Part shown: positions 18,344 to 28,629 of the stretch, piece after piece
How positions within the stretch are numbered: position 1 is the first letter of the stretch
Layout: each line of letters starts with the position of its first letter
IMG/VR virus record: IMGVR_UViG_3300044825_001871
Coordinates: 92,236 to 156,235 of that record
Reading direction: 5' to 3' (one strand)
Length of the DNA stretch: 64,000 bases
DNA from: a virus
The notes under the pieces: model-generated
What the model was told of the DNA's origin: nothing
Databases searched by the model: none
Seen by the model: the letters and a program-made list of their open reading frames with translations, nothing else
Program-made: the position numbers and the translations under genes

Positions 18344-20836
18344 ATGTCTATTAATCCCCTGAATGATATTTCTAGAGTCTATCTAGAACAGGTTGCAATT
18401 AAGGAAGCAGTCGATCAAGATACTGATGGAGATACTGATTTTGCTGATGTTAGAATTGCTAGGATGATAGCATCTGGTGTTCCTAGAGAAGTTGCAATAC
18501 AAAAAACGAGAAATAAACCATACAATAAAAAAATAAAGTCAGTAAGGGAATCCCTGATTGGCAAACAGTCTGAAATTGATGCGAATAAGAATGGAAAAAT
18601 TGATTCCCAAGACTTTACAATCCTTCGTTCAACTAAAAAGAAAAGGCAAGTAAAAGAAGGTTTCTCAAATTGGAGAGAAGATCTGATTGAAATTGTAGAT
18701 AAAATTCCAAAAAATAAAAGTGAAGATGTAAGAATTACTGATAAGAAAGTTGATAATAAAATTGATATTAATCCAAGACTTGATCTTGGAGAAGCAGTAG
18801 AAAGTCTTGGCGGAACTCTTATTGAGATGATTGAAATTGATGAAGTAGATTATATTGTTGAAAGTGTTTATGAAGAATTGCTTGGGGAAGGATATGAAGA
18901 GGATGATATTGAGGAAGCACTTGAGTATGCTTTAGTTGAAGCAAAAGTAACTTTCGGACACGATACTTCTGAAACAAAAAAGAAAAAGGGAAGAAATCTT
19001 TTAGGTGCTGTTGGAAGACTTGCAAGACAAAAACTGTCTTCTAAATATCGTGGTGCTAAAAAAGCAGTAAGTTCAGCAGCTGTTAGTGGATTAAGAAACG
19101 TTGCTAGAGGAGCATTAGGTGCTGCTCGTAAATTAGAGGGAGACAAAAAACCAAGCCCAGTTCATTCGCGAGCAGGGACAAGATCGCCTTCGGTGCATCG
19201 CGGTGCTGGAGTTGGACAAAGAGAAAGAGTAAGCAGTGGATCTTATTCTGCCCCAAAACCAGAAGCACCAAAACCATCAGCAAAACCAGAACAAAGAAAA
19301 GCATCAACTCCAGTTTCTGATCCTTGGGAGGGATCTTATACATCCCAATCAAAAAAACCATCACCAAAACCTCAGGCAAAGACAACCAAAGTTCCTGCAA
19401 AAACTTCAGAACCGGCACCAGCACAAGGATTGAGTGCTAAACAAAAGGCAGCAGCCATAAGAGCACAACGTAGAAACATAAATATATCACCAGAAGATCT
19501 TCAGAGAGTTATTAGTAACGTAAAAGAAGATTACTGGAGTACTGTTGCTAAAGCATATAAGGAAAAATATGAATTACTTGAAAAAGCGGAAAGTGAGCAA
19601 CAACAAAAACTTTTCGGTCTTGCTCTTTCTGTAAAAAGAGGACAAACTTCAAGAGATAAGGTAAGTGATAGAGTTCTTGAAATTGTTGATAGTATGAGTG
19701 AGAAAAAAATTCGTGACTTTGCTAAAACTCCCCATAAAGGACTTCCTCATAAAATTGAAACAAAGGAAGAAGCAATAAGACAGGAATTTATTGCCCGAAT
19801 GGTGAGTAAAATTGAAGAGCAAAGTGGAGTTTATGTTGATGAAGAAAAACTTCAAAGTTCAATGAAGAAAGGTAAAAAAAAACTAGAAAGCAATACCCAA
19901 GTTTTTCACGATGTAGATGATAATCTTGTAGATCAGAGACATCCTGATGCTGCAAAAATTGATGTGATGAGAAAAACTGGCGGTGAGTGGAAAAGAGTAC
20001 AATCATTAACACCTAGTCAGTTTGCTCATCATAGACTAAGAAAACCTGGAGAACCTGTAAAGAAAGAAAATGATCCCGGTGATAAGTATGGGTTTAACCA
20101 GTTTAGAGACACTGAAAAATTCAAAAAAACAACAAAACCAAATAAACCAGTAGTTAGATTGGGAGATAGTTCAAGAAGACCAGCACAAAAAGAAGTTGTG
20201 ACTGCTCGTGGCGGATCTAAATTTGGAAGTAAAAAACCAAGCACCCCTATGGATAACCCTGGGGAATTTGCTAAAGATTTGAAAACTAGAATTGGTGTAA
20301 AAAATCTTGAAAGAAAGAACGTCCATTTTACTGGCGGAATGCGTAAGGGATCTGGACCTGAGAAAAAGGCTGAGGTTGTTAAAAAAATTGTGAAACCTGA
20401 TGTTAAGAAAGTCATTGCAACTGATGATCACTTACAGAATGTAAGACATATGGCAGCAGCGGCATCTGAGGTAGCACCTAAGGCAAAAGTTAGAGCATAT
20501 CAATCAAAACCTGCTACAAAAGCAAAAGGTAAAGTGAGGTCTGGTGATATTGTTCCGGTAAGAGTTGGTAAGGAAAGTGATTTGAATGATCCTAAAATTG
20601 GAATTAGAAAAAATACTTCTCCTTCAGGGTCACCAAAAGAAACACAAAGAAGAAGAAAGCAACAAAAGATGGGTGAAGCAGTTGATCTAAATCAACCCCA
20701 AGAGAAACCCCAAAATCCATCTGCGGTCAATCAAGTTTTACAAGCAAAAATAAAAGCAGATTCTGCAAAAAAAGAATTTGCCACCAAACAAAGAATGGCG
20801 GCACAAAAGGGCGTTGATTTATCTTCAATTTCCTAA
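18344..20836 (+). CDS. Large modular protein: EF-hand-like loops, EGY module, DUF3008-like segment, HAD-like domain
   Basis: DQDTDGDTDFAD; DANKNGKIDSQDF; KAESEQQQKLFGLALSVKRG...SMSEKKIRDFAKT; FHDVDDNL/VTARG/DDHLQNV. Confidence 0.7.
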   Translation: MSINPLNDISRVYLEQVAIKEAVDQDTDGDTDFADVRIARMIASGVPREVAIQKTRNKPYNKKIKSVRESLIGKQSEIDANKNGKIDSQDFTILRSTKKKRQVKEGFSNWREDLIEIVDKIPKNKSEDVRITDKKVDNKIDINPRLDLGEAVESLGGTLIEMIEIDEVDYIVESVYEELLGEGYEEDDIEEALEYALVEAKVTFGHDTSETKKKKGRNLLGAVGRLARQKLSSKYRGAKKAVSSAAVSGLRNVARGALGAARKLEGDKKPSPVHSRAGTRSPSVHRGAGVGQRERVSSGSYSAPKPEAPKPSAKPEQRKASTPVSDPWEGSYTSQSKKPSPKPQAKTTKVPAKTSEPAPAQGLSAKQKAAAIRAQRRNINISPEDLQRVISNVKEDYWSTVAKAYKEKYELLEKAESEQQQKLFGLALSVKRGQTSRDKVSDRVLEIVDSMSEKKIRDFAKTPHKGLPHKIETKEEAIRQEFIARMVSKIEEQSGVYVDEEKLQSSMKKGKKKLESNTQVFHDVDDNLVDQRHPDAAKIDVMRKTGGEWKRVQSLTPSQFAHHRLRKPGEPVKKENDPGDKYGFNQFRDTEKFKKTTKPNKPVVRLGDSSRRPAQKEVVTARGGSKFGSKKPSTPMDNPGEFAKDLKTRIGVKNLERKNVHFTGGMRKGSGPEKKAEVVKKIVKPDVKKVIATDDHLQNVRHMAAAASEVAPKAKVRAYQSKPATKAKGKVRSGDIVPVRVGKESDLNDPKIGIRKNTSPSGSPKETQRRRKQQKMGEAVDLNQPQEKPQNPSAVNQVLQAKIKADSAKKEFATKQRMAAQKGVDLSSIS

Positions 20837-20868
20837 ATAGAGAAGGATATCTTTTATAGGAGGTCATT

Positions 20869-21042
20869 ATGGGAGTATTAGTAGAGGTCGTAAAACCACT
20901 TCTTTTAGCAGCAATGAATTCTTGCCATACAAAAAGACTTGTTTGTGAACTTCTTGATCGTTATGTAAATACTACTGATAATGATATCGATGATCTAATT
21001 GCAGGCACAGTGAGAACTGCGCTTCTTAAAGGTTGTAAGTGA
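20869..21042 (+). CDS. Small conserved cyanophage protein (57 aa)
   Basis: RBS AGGAGG; MGVLVEVVKPLL...TTDNDIDD. Confidence 0.7.
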   Translation: MGVLVEVVKPLLLAAMNSCHTKRLVCELLDRYVNTTDNDIDDLIAGTVRTALLKGCK

Positions 21043-21066
21043 TTGATTTTTTAAAATAAATTACAA

Positions 21067-21097
21067 AGGAGACCAAAAGTAAGGTCTCCTTTTTTTA
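21067..21097 (+). terminator. Terminator abutting late promoter TATAAATA (21096-21103)
   Basis: AGGAGACC...GGTCTCCT followed by a T-tract. Confidence 0.75.
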
Positions 21098-21134
21098 TAA
21101 ATATTCATATCAAATAATTTTTACGGGAAAAAAC

Positions 21135-21905
21135 ATGGCACTCTGGGGAGACAAAGATAACATTTTTTCTGGTGGAACAGTATCTTTAGATTACCAAACT
21201 GGCGTTGTTACTGGAAGTGGTACAACTTTTGGTAATGTTGGTGCCGCTGGAACTGGAGATGTTATCCGCTTTGGCGATGTTGTTGGTGGCACCTATTATG
21301 GTGATGCTGTAATCGTTGGTATTGCTAGCACCACTCAATTATCAATTGGTTCAACCAATGGTCTTAGTGGAGCTACCATTTCTGGAGCTCAGTTCACTGT
21401 AAACCAGGAACCAAAGTATACTATTCTTGATGTTTACTATAGTCAGAAGCACGAAGGTTCTGCTGGAGAGACAATCAATGCTGTTGTGACAACTGCATCT
21501 GCTCCTGGAGCATCAATCGGAACCAGCATCGTTGCTGTTGCTAGCACAACTGGAATTCTTGTTACAGATACTCTTACTGCTAGTGGTGGAGTCAGTGCTG
21601 TAGTTTCTTCAATCGGTGCTACAACTGTTTCACTTGGATCAACAATTTCAGCAGGAATCACGACTGGTGCAACTATTACATTTACACGTGTAACTGGTGG
21701 GCGCAATACTTATGTTGCTGGTGTTGCAACTGAGGGTGTTGGTGCTTCTGCTGGAACTGTATATGAAATTGGTGCAGGATGGGTTGGAGTTACCACCTAT
21801 AAGGATGCTGAAGGTAACTTGAGAGTTAAGAAGGAAATTCTTGTTGCAATGTCTGGTATCCAGACTGGAAACGTTCCTATCTATGACGCAGATCCAACTG
21901 TATGA
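21135..21905 (+). CDS. Probable virion structural protein (Gly/Thr-rich)
   Basis: MALWG start, GWVGVTTYKD..GNLRVKKEILVAMS end; late promoter. Confidence 0.65.
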   Translation: MALWGDKDNIFSGGTVSLDYQTGVVTGSGTTFGNVGAAGTGDVIRFGDVVGGTYYGDAVIVGIASTTQLSIGSTNGLSGATISGAQFTVNQEPKYTILDVYYSQKHEGSAGETINAVVTTASAPGASIGTSIVAVASTTGILVTDTLTASGGVSAVVSSIGATTVSLGSTISAGITTGATITFTRVTGGRNTYVAGVATEGVGASAGTVYEIGAGWVGVTTYKDAEGNLRVKKEILVAMSGIQTGNVPIYDADPTV

Positions 21906-21917
21906 TATTAATAGAAT

Positions 21918-22310
21918 ATGTTATTTGATGAGTTGAATGAGGATAACTTTCTTTTATTTGCTATTAAACATTATGAAAATCCTCAGGCAGTAACAAAAGA
22001 AGACTTTGAAAAAGACTTAAATCACTTTAAGTATATTAAAAGATTATTGAAACGATATAAGAATACAGGTCAGTTAAAATCTCATCTTCTTCTTAATCAT
22101 TTTATTATTCTTTATAATATTTTTGGTGATGCAACAACTCCTATGCTTTTCTATAAGATAGAAGAGGATTTGTGGTCCGCAATGAAAACATTTATTATAT
22201 TTCTTGGAAAACTGCCTGAGTATCCAAAATGTTATATTCACGACGTACAAGTTGATTTAAACTGTCTCTCCGAATTGTATAAAATCTACAATGAATCCCA
22301 AGAAACTTGA
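21918..22310 (+). CDS. Conserved T4-like hypothetical protein
   Basis: ELNEDNFLLFAIKHY.NP...FKYIKRLLKRY; typical position upstream of primase. Confidence 0.75.
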   Translation: MLFDELNEDNFLLFAIKHYENPQAVTKEDFEKDLNHFKYIKRLLKRYKNTGQLKSHLLLNHFIILYNIFGDATTPMLFYKIEEDLWSAMKTFIIFLGKLPEYPKCYIHDVQVDLNCLSELYKIYNESQET

Positions 22311-22503
22311 TAGAATTATTTCTATAATCAGAGAAGAAATGATGACAGCAAATCCTCCTGGAGGATCTGGTGCTTTTTCTGATTCTGGAGATCCAAAAAC
22401 TAGAGGTGGATTTAGTCCTGTGATGGGATTAAGAAGAAGACGAGGCCCACAAATCAAACTTCCACCTGGTTCTCGTAAAAGGTGGAAGAAATCGGAACAA
22501 TAA
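22291..22503 (+). CDS. Small hypothetical protein
   Basis: 70-aa ORF overlapping the previous gene; basic C-terminus. Confidence 0.55.
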   Translation: MNPKKLDRIISIIREEMMTANPPGGSGAFSDSGDPKTRGGFSPVMGLRRRRGPQIKLPPGSRKRWKKSEQ

Positions 22504-22567
22504 ATAATAACAAAACTACTTGAGTTATTTGTTTCGGTAGTCTAGGAAATAATAACTCACTAAAGAG

Positions 22568-22975
22568 ATGTTTAATTCAAATACTTCTACAGACACTAAA
22601 ATTGCTGTTTTAGAAGAAAGACTTTCTTCATATGAGATTATGATGAGAAAGATTGACGAAGCAATACAGATTATGGGTAAAACTAGTCAAAATATTAGTA
22701 AAATGCTTGCTGTTCATGAAGAAAGAATAGAACAATCTCATAGAGCAGACGATTATATTGGCAGACTAATTGAAGAATTAAAATTAGAAAATAAAGATCA
22801 ACATGATGCAGTAACTGAAAGAATAGAAAAAATAGAAAGTAAACTAGAAGAAGTTATAAAGTTTCGTTGGATAATCATTGGAGTTTTTGCTGTTATTTCC
22901 TTTGGACTTTCTCAATCTCATATGGTTATAGATCTTCTAACACCAGATTCTTCTCAAGTACAAATAAAAAAATAA
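22568..22975 (+). CDS. Coiled-coil protein with C-terminal transmembrane helix
   Basis: Heptad-rich N-terminal region; FRWIIIGVFAVISFGL. Confidence 0.7.
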   Translation: MFNSNTSTDTKIAVLEERLSSYEIMMRKIDEAIQIMGKTSQNISKMLAVHEERIEQSHRADDYIGRLIEELKLENKDQHDAVTERIEKIESKLEEVIKFRWIIIGVFAVISFGLSQSHMVIDLLTPDSSQVQIKK

Positions 22976-23144
22976 ATAGTTGAGTGTTGGCGACAGGGCC
23001 AATGAAAACTAAAAATAAGACAACAATTTATTCCCTTCAAAAAATTACAAATTCAGTTATAAAGTGGACGTGTCTTATAACTGTTTTGTGTCTTGACAAG
23101 ACCAGATAGTCTGGTAGAATAGATGGACACCTCACTGTATTGTC

Positions 23145-24113
23145 ATGGATTTTGTTGATGTTAAATACATCAATTTGATATCTGGTAGATTTCAAAAGTT
23201 TAAAAAAGTAAAACCCAATCTTTATAATTTTCGTTGTCCTATTTGTGGAGATTCGCAAAAGAATAAAAATAAAGCAAGGGGATATTTGTATCAGGTAAAA
23301 AATAATACAAATTTTAAATGCCATAACTGCGGTATCAACATATCTTTTAATAACTTTTTAAAGCAGATTGATAGTGTAATCTATAAGCAGTATACTTTTG
23401 AAAAGTTTAAAGAAGGACATACTGGAAAAAACTTTACAGTAGAAGAACCTGTATTTAAATTTGAAACGCCAAAGTTTAAATCAAAAATAAATTTACCTAA
23501 AGCATCATCAAACTTTGATGCAAAGAAGTATCTGGAAAGTAGAAAATTAAATCCAGATAACTATTATTACGCCGAAAAGTTTAAGGAGTGGACCAACTCT
23601 CTTCGCCAAACATTCGACAGCACAGATAAAGATGAACCAAGGATTATTATTCCTTTGTTTTATCAAAATAATCTAGTCGGATTTCAGGGAAGAGCACTTG
23701 GTCCCAGTAAGGTTAAATACATCACTATAATGCTTGACGATGACGCACCAAAAATCTATGGTCTCGATGAAGTCCAAAAAAGTGAAACTGTCTACATCAC
23801 CGAAGGTCCGTTCGACTCAACCTTCATTCGCAACGCAATTGCTTTGTGTGGAGCTGATGGTGATGTTACTAAGTGGGATATTCGCGATTGTGTTTGGATA
23901 TACGATAACGAACCACGTAATACAGAAATCCTATCAAGAATTTCCCGTGTTATCGAGGATGGACAAAAAGTTGTCATCTGGCCTTCAACAATAAAAGAGA
24001 AGGACATCAATGATATGGTTCTATCTGGACTTGATGTTCAGAGTGTGGTAGAATCTAATATCTACTCTGGATTAGAAGCAAAACTTAAATTTACTGCCTG
24101 GAAGAAAGTATGA
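23145..24113 (+). CDS. gp61: DNA primase
   Basis: Zn finger CPICGD...CHNC, EGPFDS, YDNEPRN, KDINDM. Confidence 0.95.
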   Translation: MDFVDVKYINLISGRFQKFKKVKPNLYNFRCPICGDSQKNKNKARGYLYQVKNNTNFKCHNCGINISFNNFLKQIDSVIYKQYTFEKFKEGHTGKNFTVEEPVFKFETPKFKSKINLPKASSNFDAKKYLESRKLNPDNYYYAEKFKEWTNSLRQTFDSTDKDEPRIIIPLFYQNNLVGFQGRALGPSKVKYITIMLDDDAPKIYGLDEVQKSETVYITEGPFDSTFIRNAIALCGADGDVTKWDIRDCVWIYDNEPRNTEILSRISRVIEDGQKVVIWPSTIKEKDINDMVLSGLDVQSVVESNIYSGLEAKLKFTAWKKV

Positions 24114-26407
24114 GTAACGGTACAAAGGTTAAAAAACGTGATGGACGAATTGAGTCTCTTGACCTAGATAAAATGCATCTGATGGTCGAAGAATCCTGTA
24201 AGGGTCTTGCAGGGGTCTCTGCGAGTCAAGTTGAGATGACTTCTGGAATTCAATTCTATGATGGAATCACTACTGCAGAGATTCAAGAAATCCTAATTCG
24301 TAGTGCAAGTGATCTAATTGATCTTGAACATCCCAACTATCAATACGTTGCTGCACGTCTACTTCTTTTTTCTGTGCGCAAGCAACTGTATGGAAAAATG
24401 AAAGAACTTCCCACACTTGAGCAGCACATTATCCAATGTGTTACTGAGGAAGTTTATGATAATGACATTTATAATAAGTATTCTCAAGAAGAAATTAATC
24501 GCGCTGATTCTTATATTGACCATGACCGCGATTTCTTATTCACTTATGCGGGTCTACGTCAAGTTGTTGATAAGTACCTCGTACAAGATAGAAGTAGCGG
24601 TGGAGTATATGAGACTCCTCAGTTCATGTATATGATGATTGCTCTGACTATCTTTGCAGAGTATCCCAAAGAAACCAGAATGTCATATGTAAAGAGGTAT
24701 TATGACGCAATCAGCAAGCACAAAATCAACATCCCTACCCCCATTATGGCAGGCGTTAGGACGCCACTTAGACAATTCGCTAGCTGTGTTCTTGTTGATG
24801 TTGATGACACCCTCGATAGTATCTTTAGCAGTGATATGGCTATTGGTCGATACGTTGCACAAAGGGCGGGAATCGGCATCAACGCAGGTCGAATCCGTGG
24901 CATCAACAGCAAAATCCGTGGCGGAGAAGTGCAGCACACAGGTGTTGTCCCTTTCCTCAAAAAGTTTGAGGCAACTGTCCGATGCTGCACTCAAAATGGC
25001 ATCCGTGGTGGATCAGCAACTGTCCACTTCCCAATCTGGCACCAAGAAATAGAAGATATTCTAGTTCTTAAGAATAATAAGGGAACGGAAGATAATCGTG
25101 TCCGTAAACTTGATTACTCTATTCAGATTTCTAAGTTGTTCTATGAAAGATTTATTCAAGATGGTGAGATCACGCTTTTCTCTCCGCATGATGTACCTGA
25201 ACTTTATGATCGCTTTGGACTCCCTGGATTTGATGAACTCTACTGTGCGTATGAAAAAGATACGTCCGTTAAGAAAAAAACTGTTAAAGCACAGGAACTC
25301 ATCCTTAACCTTCTTAAAGAACGTGCGGAAACGGGTCGTATCTATATTATGAATATCGATCACTGTAACTCACATTCTTCTTTTAAAGATAAGGTTGAAA
25401 TGAGTAATCTTTGTCAAGAGATTACTCTACCAACTTACCCAGTTCAACATATTGATGATGAGAATGGCGAGATTGCTCTTTGTATTCTTTCTGCAATTAA
25501 TGTTGGTAAAGTCAAATCTGATGAAGAACTTGAGGAACTTTGTGATCTTTCTGTTCGTGGACTTGAAGAGTTAATTGATTATCAGAAGTATCCTGTACGT
25601 GCTGCAGAAATTGCTACAAAGGCACGTAGATCTCTTGGAGTAGGTTTTATTGGTCTCGCCCACTATTTGGCAAAACTTGGATTCAATTATGACTCTCAAG
25701 AAGCATGGGATGCGGTCCATGGACTTTCCGAATCTTTCCAATATTATCTTCTCAAGGCATCTAATCAACTTGCTAAAGAAAAAGGATATTGTGGATATTT
25801 TGGACGTACAAAGTATGCAGATGGTATTCTTCCTATCGATACTTACAAGAAAGACGTAGACGAAATTTCTTCTATTAAATTGCAACATGATTGGGAAACT
25901 CTTAGAGCATCAATCCTGGAACACGGTCTCAGACACTCAACATTGTCCGCACAGATGCCATCGGAGAGCAGTTCCGTTGTGTCAAATGCAACAAATGGAA
26001 TTGAACCCCCTCGCGGATTCCTGTCCATTAAAAAATCCAAGAAAGGTCCACTTAAGCAGATCGTTCCGCAGTACCAAACACTTAAGAACAATTATACGCT
26101 TTTGTGGGATATGCCTAGTAATACTGGTTATATTAATATTGTTGCTGTGATGCAAAAGTTCTTTGATCAGGCAATTTCTGGAAACTGGAGTTATAATCCA
26201 GAAAACTATGATAATAATGAAGTTCCTGTGTCAGTAATGGCAAATGACTTTTTGACTACATACAAGTACGGGTGGAAAACTTCATACTACCAAAACACTT
26301 ATGATATTAAGACTGATGAGGTAGTAGAAGAGAAACCCAATCTTCAAGATTTGCTAAGTGAGTTAAGTTCAGTAGAGGAGGGAGAGTGTGAATCCTGTGC
26401 AGTTTAA
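24110..26407 (+). CDS. nrdA: Class Ia ribonucleotide reductase alpha subunit
   Basis: ATP cone, PTPIMAG, SNLCQEI, TSYY, C-terminal CESCAV. Confidence 0.97.
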   Translation: MSNGTKVKKRDGRIESLDLDKMHLMVEESCKGLAGVSASQVEMTSGIQFYDGITTAEIQEILIRSASDLIDLEHPNYQYVAARLLLFSVRKQLYGKMKELPTLEQHIIQCVTEEVYDNDIYNKYSQEEINRADSYIDHDRDFLFTYAGLRQVVDKYLVQDRSSGGVYETPQFMYMMIALTIFAEYPKETRMSYVKRYYDAISKHKINIPTPIMAGVRTPLRQFASCVLVDVDDTLDSIFSSDMAIGRYVAQRAGIGINAGRIRGINSKIRGGEVQHTGVVPFLKKFEATVRCCTQNGIRGGSATVHFPIWHQEIEDILVLKNNKGTEDNRVRKLDYSIQISKLFYERFIQDGEITLFSPHDVPELYDRFGLPGFDELYCAYEKDTSVKKKTVKAQELILNLLKERAETGRIYIMNIDHCNSHSSFKDKVEMSNLCQEITLPTYPVQHIDDENGEIALCILSAINVGKVKSDEELEELCDLSVRGLEELIDYQKYPVRAAEIATKARRSLGVGFIGLAHYLAKLGFNYDSQEAWDAVHGLSESFQYYLLKASNQLAKEKGYCGYFGRTKYADGILPIDTYKKDVDEISSIKLQHDWETLRASILEHGLRHSTLSAQMPSESSSVVSNATNGIEPPRGFLSIKKSKKGPLKQIVPQYQTLKNNYTLLWDMPSNTGYINIVAVMQKFFDQAISGNWSYNPENYDNNEVPVSVMANDFLTTYKYGWKTSYYQNTYDIKTDEVVEEKPNLQDLLSELSSVEEGECESCAV

Positions 26408-27578
26408 AATTTCTTCAACGGAAGATCAGCAAACACAAATTAAAGGAATGACTGTTTTTAATACAGAACAAGTTAATACCAAAAAACAACCAATGTTTTT
26501 TGGTAAACCTTTAGGAATTCAAAGATATGATTCATACAAATATCCCATATTCGATAAACTAACTACTCAGCAACTAGGATATTTCTGGAGACCCGAAGAG
26601 GTGTCTCTCCAGAAAGATCGTGGAGATTATCAAACACTTCGTCCAGAACAAAAACACATCTATACTTCTAACTTGAAGTATCAGATTATGCTTGATTCTA
26701 TTCAGGGACGTGGACCTGGTATGGCATTTATTCCATACTGCTCACTTCCTGAGTTGGAGGCATGTATGGAAGTGTGGGGATTCATGGAAATGATTCACTC
26801 ACGCTCATACACTTACATTATTAAAAATGTGTATTCTGATCCAAGTGAAGTGTTTGATAAAATTGTGACCGATGAGCGTATTCTGGAGCGTGCTAAGAGC
26901 GTTACAGAGTCTTATGATGACTTCATTCAATCATCACACCAGTATGGTGTATCCGATACTTGGATGCATAATCTTGAAGGAGTATCATACGCAAAGGAAT
27001 CACTCAACGATGTTAAACGAAAACTGTACAGAGCAGTCGCAAACGTTAATATTCTTGAAGGTATTCGCTTCTACGTTAGTTTTGCTTGTAGTTTCGCCTT
27101 TGGTGAACTCAAGCTCATGGAAGGTTCTGCCAAGATTATCTCTCTCATCGCAAGAGACGAAAACCAACATTTAGCTATTACTCAGAATATTCTGAATAAG
27201 TGGCGTGATGGTGACGATCCAGAAATGAAGCAGATTATGAAAGAAGAAGAGGAATGGACATATGCTATGTTTGATCGTGCTGTAAATGAAGAAAAGCGAT
27301 GGGCAGATTATCTGTTCAAGGATGGAAGTATGATTGGACTTAATGATAAACTTCTTCAGCAATATGTTGAATGGATTGCAAATCGTAGGATTAAGGCAAT
27401 TGGTCTTAAACCACAATATGATATTTCAGCAAATAATAATCCTCTTCCTTGGACTCAGCACTGGATTTCTTCTAAAGGTCTTCAGGTGGCACCACAAGAA
27501 ACGGAAGTTGAGTCCTATGTAGTAGGAGGAATTAAACAAGATGTTACCAAAAATACTTTCGCAGGATTCCAATTATGA
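26388..27578 (+). CDS. nrdB: Class Ia ribonucleotide reductase beta subunit
   Basis: FWRPEEV, EMIHSRSY, LEGIRFY, RDENQH. Confidence 0.97.
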   Translation: MNPVQFKISSTEDQQTQIKGMTVFNTEQVNTKKQPMFFGKPLGIQRYDSYKYPIFDKLTTQQLGYFWRPEEVSLQKDRGDYQTLRPEQKHIYTSNLKYQIMLDSIQGRGPGMAFIPYCSLPELEACMEVWGFMEMIHSRSYTYIIKNVYSDPSEVFDKIVTDERILERAKSVTESYDDFIQSSHQYGVSDTWMHNLEGVSYAKESLNDVKRKLYRAVANVNILEGIRFYVSFACSFAFGELKLMEGSAKIISLIARDENQHLAITQNILNKWRDGDDPEMKQIMKEEEEWTYAMFDRAVNEEKRWADYLFKDGSMIGLNDKLLQQYVEWIANRRIKAIGLKPQYDISANNNPLPWTQHWISSKGLQVAPQETEVESYVVGGIKQDVTKNTFAGFQL

Positions 27579-27690
27579 TGAATGGTGCGAGCAGGAAATC
27601 CTGAACGCATATAAGGAAGCAGCAGAATGTGATGATTATTTGTTTGGAGATTATGACTATTATAAAGAATGGATTGGTATAAGTACCTAA
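27541..27690 (+). CDS. Small acidic hypothetical protein (49 aa)
   Basis: AGGAGG upstream; MLPKILSQDSNYDEWCEQEILNAY...; overlaps the nrdB end. Confidence 0.45.
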   Translation: MLPKILSQDSNYDEWCEQEILNAYKEAAECDDYLFGDYDYYKEWIGIST

Positions 27691-27728
27691 AATATTATAG
27701 ATAGGGGAGAGTAATCTCCCCTATTTTT

Positions 27729-27890
27729 ATGCCTAAAAATCAAATATCCAAAGAAGAACTTAGAGTTCGTGTATTAAAACTAAAAGATAATCTTTATAAG
27801 GATCATATTCGCCCAGAAATGGATATGAAAGGACTGGCACATAAATATCTGAACGAAGTCCTTGATATAATTGATGAGTATAGATATTGA
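27729..27890 (+). CDS. Small hypothetical protein (53 aa)
   Basis: MPKNQISKEELRVRVLKLK...AHKYLNEVLDIIDEYRY. Confidence 0.6.
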   Translation: MPKNQISKEELRVRVLKLKDNLYKDHIRPEMDMKGLAHKYLNEVLDIIDEYRY

Positions 27891-28317
27891 CTATGACAAT
27901 CCATGGAGTTATAATGGAAATCCTTTTACTAGTGCTGACATAGGAGACTACTTTGGTTTTGTTTATCTAATAGAAAATAAACTAAACGGTAGAAAATACA
28001 TAGGAAGAAAGTACCTCTGGCAGTTTAGAACTCCGAAAGGAAAAAAACGTAAAGTAAAATCAGAATCTAATTGGAAAGAATACTATGGGTCTTGTCCAGA
28101 ACTTAAAGAAGACGTTGATAAATTGGGCAGAGAAAATTTTAGTCGAACTATCTTATCATTACATAAAACAAAAGGCAAAACAAACTACGAAGAGACACGA
28201 CAACTCTTCGTCAATAATGTCCTCACGGAAGGACTTGACAATGGAGAACCAGCATTCTACAATTCCAATGTCTTGTCCCGATACTTCCGAAAAGATTATT
28301 ATGAATGCAACGACTGA
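27874..28317 (+). CDS. GIY-YIG endonuclease (endonuclease II/Seg-like)
   Basis: FGFVYLIEN...KYIGRK, WKEYYGS, YN; follows nrdB. Confidence 0.8.
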   Translation: MSIDIDYDNPWSYNGNPFTSADIGDYFGFVYLIENKLNGRKYIGRKYLWQFRTPKGKKRKVKSESNWKEYYGSCPELKEDVDKLGRENFSRTILSLHKTKGKTNYEETRQLFVNNVLTEGLDNGEPAFYNSNVLSRYFRKDYYECND

Positions 28318-28474
28318 AGATATTGTGGCACACGTAAGAACTTGGTCTCTTGATCGTGCAGCAGATATGAATATCAATAAAGAGGACGCTCGTGCTATTC
28401 TTGCAGAATTTTATGAGTGGATTGAACCTGAAGGAGATGAACTTGAGATTGTTTCATTAGAACCTGAAGATTGA
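28301..28474 (+). CDS. Hypothetical protein
   Basis: MNATTEDIVAHVRTWSLDRAA...EFYEWIEP; ATG 28301 preferred. Confidence 0.6.
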   Translation: MNATTEDIVAHVRTWSLDRAADMNINKEDARAILAEFYEWIEPEGDELEIVSLEPED

Positions 28475-28499
28475 CAGAATCTAAATAAAAACTTATAAT
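28471..28499 (+). promoter_or_regulatory. Sigma70-type promoter
   Basis: TTGACA-N17-TATAAT. Confidence 0.75.
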
Positions 28500-28629
28500 G
28501 TTAAAATCCCTGTTATGAGCAGGGTTTTTTATTATGAGAATTTGAATGTGATTTAGAGCCGTGGAGATTGCCTCTTGAGAAAGAGGTGTACCCCTTTCTC
28601 TATACGGATGTAGAGTTCAATCGATTTTA

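Noticed and set aside
23002-23109. 35-aa ORF upstream of primase
   Set aside because: Short, weak RBS, overlaps the primase promoter; not supportable
9463-27578. Inteins or introns in gp43, gp41, nrdA or nrdB
   Set aside because: Lengths and motif spacing look normal; no intein or group I signatures seen
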